From Pseudomonadota bacterium (GTDB lineage: Bacteria > Bdellovibrionota > Bdellovibrionia > Bdellovibrionales > SG-bin7), in assembly GCA_034439715.1 (NCBI GenBank), contig JAWXAY010000086.1, positions 1 through 26,805 on the forward strand: a DNA stretch of 26,805 bases. The letters are read 5' to 3'. Position numbers and translations under genes: made by a program. Of the stretch, positions 25,156 through 26,805 are shown one piece after another. The notes under the pieces are model-generated. The model saw only the letters and a program-made list of their open reading frames with translations, did not search any database and was not told the origin of the DNA. Within the stretch, counting starts at the first letter, position 1, and each line of letters starts with the position of its first letter.

Positions 25156-26268
25156 ATGGGTACAGAAGTCTTCTTAAAATTCTTTGTTGGTCATCTAGAG
25201 ACTATGATTTTAGCATCTGCCTTTGTGGTGGTATTGCTGATCATTGCTCTTGTCTTATTGGGACTGCGAGAATCCGGACCTGAGGCAGTTTCTGCTACTG
25301 GAAACTCTTCTGACCTTGAGGGACTGATGAGAAAAATGCTGGATTCTGCCCAGTTCCCTAAGATACCAATGTCGCCCATTCTGCCTATTACTGATGACGA
25401 GGCCCTAAGCGCAAAAACGCCAGTTAAATCCACTGTAATTCGTGAGGTTGATAATTCTGCCATTGAAGGAATGAGAGCCGAGCTTCAAACAGCAAAAAAC
25501 ACGATGACAGAAAAAGAAACTTTGATCGCCAAGCTAAAATCTTCTCTTGAGTTAGCGCAATCGGATCAAAGCAAAAAGAATGCACCTGCGCAAAAGATGC
25601 AGGAAAAGATAAAAGAACTTGAGGCCAAGCTAGCCGAGTATGAAATTATCGAAGATGATATTGCGGATTTGACAATGTACAAAGAAGAAAATACTCAACT
25701 CAAAAATCAAATTAAAGAGTTAATGAAAAATGGCGGTAGTTCTCAAACGCCTTCAGGTGCGCCTCTGGCACCCGCAGCCGCTGTTGAAGTTGGAATTAGT
25801 GAAGATGTCCTAAAAGAGTTCAAGCAGGCCGTAGATGAACAAAAAGGTTTGGTGGCCCCGCCTGAGGCCGAAGTGGTGGCGCCGGCAGTAATATCCAAAA
25901 TTGCGCCTGCAACAACAAGTGGAATTGATGATGATTTGATGTCCGAGTTTGCGGCAGCCCTTGCAGACCAAAAACCTCCAACAAAAAAAATATCCGAGGT
26001 GGCTGGTCCAATTCCCACTTCGATTCCAGTTGAAACGGAAGGGCCAGTGACCCAAGACATTATGGAAGAGTTTATGAATGTGGCGGAACCCGAAGTTGAG
26101 CCATCCGTACTCACTGAAAAGCCAGATACTGATAAAATGGAAGCCGAACTTCAGTCGTTCGAAGGTTCAACGCAGGACGGGCAAGCTAACCTAGACGACA
26201 TTGATACCGACAAAATGCTTTCTGAAGCAAGTGAGCTTGACAAGGACTCTGCTAATCAGAAAAGCTAG
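25156..26268 (+). CDS. Single-TM coiled-coil protein with acidic low-complexity tail
   Basis: Likely start MGTEVF (5' extension to 25051 is possible). TM ILASAFVVVLLIIALVLLGL, coiled coil through LEAKLAEYEIIEDDIADL..YKEEN, and an acidic Pro/Ala-rich C-terminus. Confidence 0.8.
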   Translation: MGTEVFLKFFVGHLETMILASAFVVVLLIIALVLLGLRESGPEAVSATGNSSDLEGLMRKMLDSAQFPKIPMSPILPITDDEALSAKTPVKSTVIREVDNSAIEGMRAELQTAKNTMTEKETLIAKLKSSLELAQSDQSKKNAPAQKMQEKIKELEAKLAEYEIIEDDIADLTMYKEENTQLKNQIKELMKNGGSSQTPSGAPLAPAAAVEVGISEDVLKEFKQAVDEQKGLVAPPEAEVVAPAVISKIAPATTSGIDDDLMSEFAAALADQKPPTKKISEVAGPIPTSIPVETEGPVTQDIMEEFMNVAEPEVEPSVLTEKPDTDKMEAELQSFEGSTQDGQANLDDIDTDKMLSEASELDKDSANQKS

Positions 26269-26274
26269 TAGGTG

Positions 26275-26805
26275 ATGACACCAATTGCCATTTTAATTTC
26301 ACTCATTTTTTTATCTCAAAATACATTTTCGGCAATTCATTCAGATGTGGCTGCTAATAATTCGGCAATAGAAGTATTAAAAATGCCGGCTGCAGTTAGA
26401 GCGGAGTCGATTAAAACATTGGGTGCTGCGGGTTATAAAAACCTTCGTGAAATTGCCTTTGACTCTAGTTACGGCATGAAGTTTCAATGGCGAGCACTGT
26501 CTGCACTCTCTCTTTTGGGACGAGACAAGTCCCTGCCGGAGTTAGAGACAGCACTTAGTCATAAGGATTGGTATTTGCGAAATGCAGGCCTAGTCATATT
26601 AAAGGAAGTAAAACCCTTACGTGCCTTGTTCTGGGCTAAAAAACTAATGAAAGACTCGTCCTTAATTGTAAGAACGGCTGCAGTGGAAGTTATTCGGTCT
26701 TTAAAGGATCGTGCTAGTGCCTCGCTCCTGTGGTCGGAACTTTATGAGAAAGAAAATTATCGAGGTCAGCAGAGCCTTTGGATTCGCCGCCACATTGTTG
26801 AGACG
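26275..26805 (+). CDS. Secreted HEAT-repeat protein (partial; runs off the right edge; not in the ORF track)
   Basis: Hand translation MTPIAILISLIFLSQNTFSA... is open to the end. HEAT-like units LPELETALSHKDWYLRNAG and LMKDSSLIVRTAAVEVI. Confidence 0.8.
   Translation, partial: MTPIAILISLIFLSQNTFSAIHSDVAANNSAIEVLKMPAAVRAESIKTLGAAGYKNLREIAFDSSYGMKFQWRALSALSLLGRDKSLPELETALSHKDWYLRNAGLVILKEVKPLRALFWAKKLMKDSSLIVRTAAVEVIRSLKDRASASLLWSELYEKENYRGQQSLWIRRHIVET

Noticed and set aside
506..26114. Many short antisense or overlapping ORFs in the track (e.g. 506..811, 5924..6340, 10682..10954, 19763..20089, 24608..24985, 25743..26114)
   Set aside because: They lie on top of well-supported genes, lack motifs and SD sequences, and read as shadow frames.
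1..26805. CRISPR arrays, tRNA/rRNA, IS elements, prophage or defence genes
   Set aside because: No repeat-spacer periodicity, RNA gene signature, transposase/integrase or phage motif was seen by eye.

Overview
Gene-dense bacterial chromosomal window, about 42% GC by eye. It most resembles Bdellovibrionota/Oligoflexia (DUF4423-like and DUF4360-like genes, a YQNC-type lipoprotein, a trypsin lipoprotein, many secreted hypotheticals); this placement is an inference. The standout is a minus-strand, translationally coupled pair at 3838->588: a squalene-epoxidase-like FAD monooxygenase followed by a DxDD triterpene cyclase. The cyclase motifs look more like the ciliate-type squalene-tetrahymanol cyclase (STC) than like hopene or oxidosqualene cyclases, which suggests an undescribed bacterial triterpenoid pathway; a secreted patatin-like gene follows it. 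Other contents: a LysR regulator; ArsR plus a cytochrome c/FTR1 fusion; a hybrid histidine kinase with a His-less Hpt domain; a sigma54-type operon (XRE, DUF4423-like, Gly-rich secreted peptide); a DUF4360-like gene; and a putative clan CD peptidase. A long minus-strand run carries two OMPs, Smr, orn, a HAD hydrolase, a frameshifted GCS2-type ligase, Fe-ADH, a PuuD-like hydrolase and ALDH. The right end has a DUF6580-like gene, a ferredoxin, a trypsin lipoprotein, pyrC and hypotheticals. No rRNA, tRNA, CRISPR array or mobile element was seen. Family calls rest on motif recognition by eye, not database searches.
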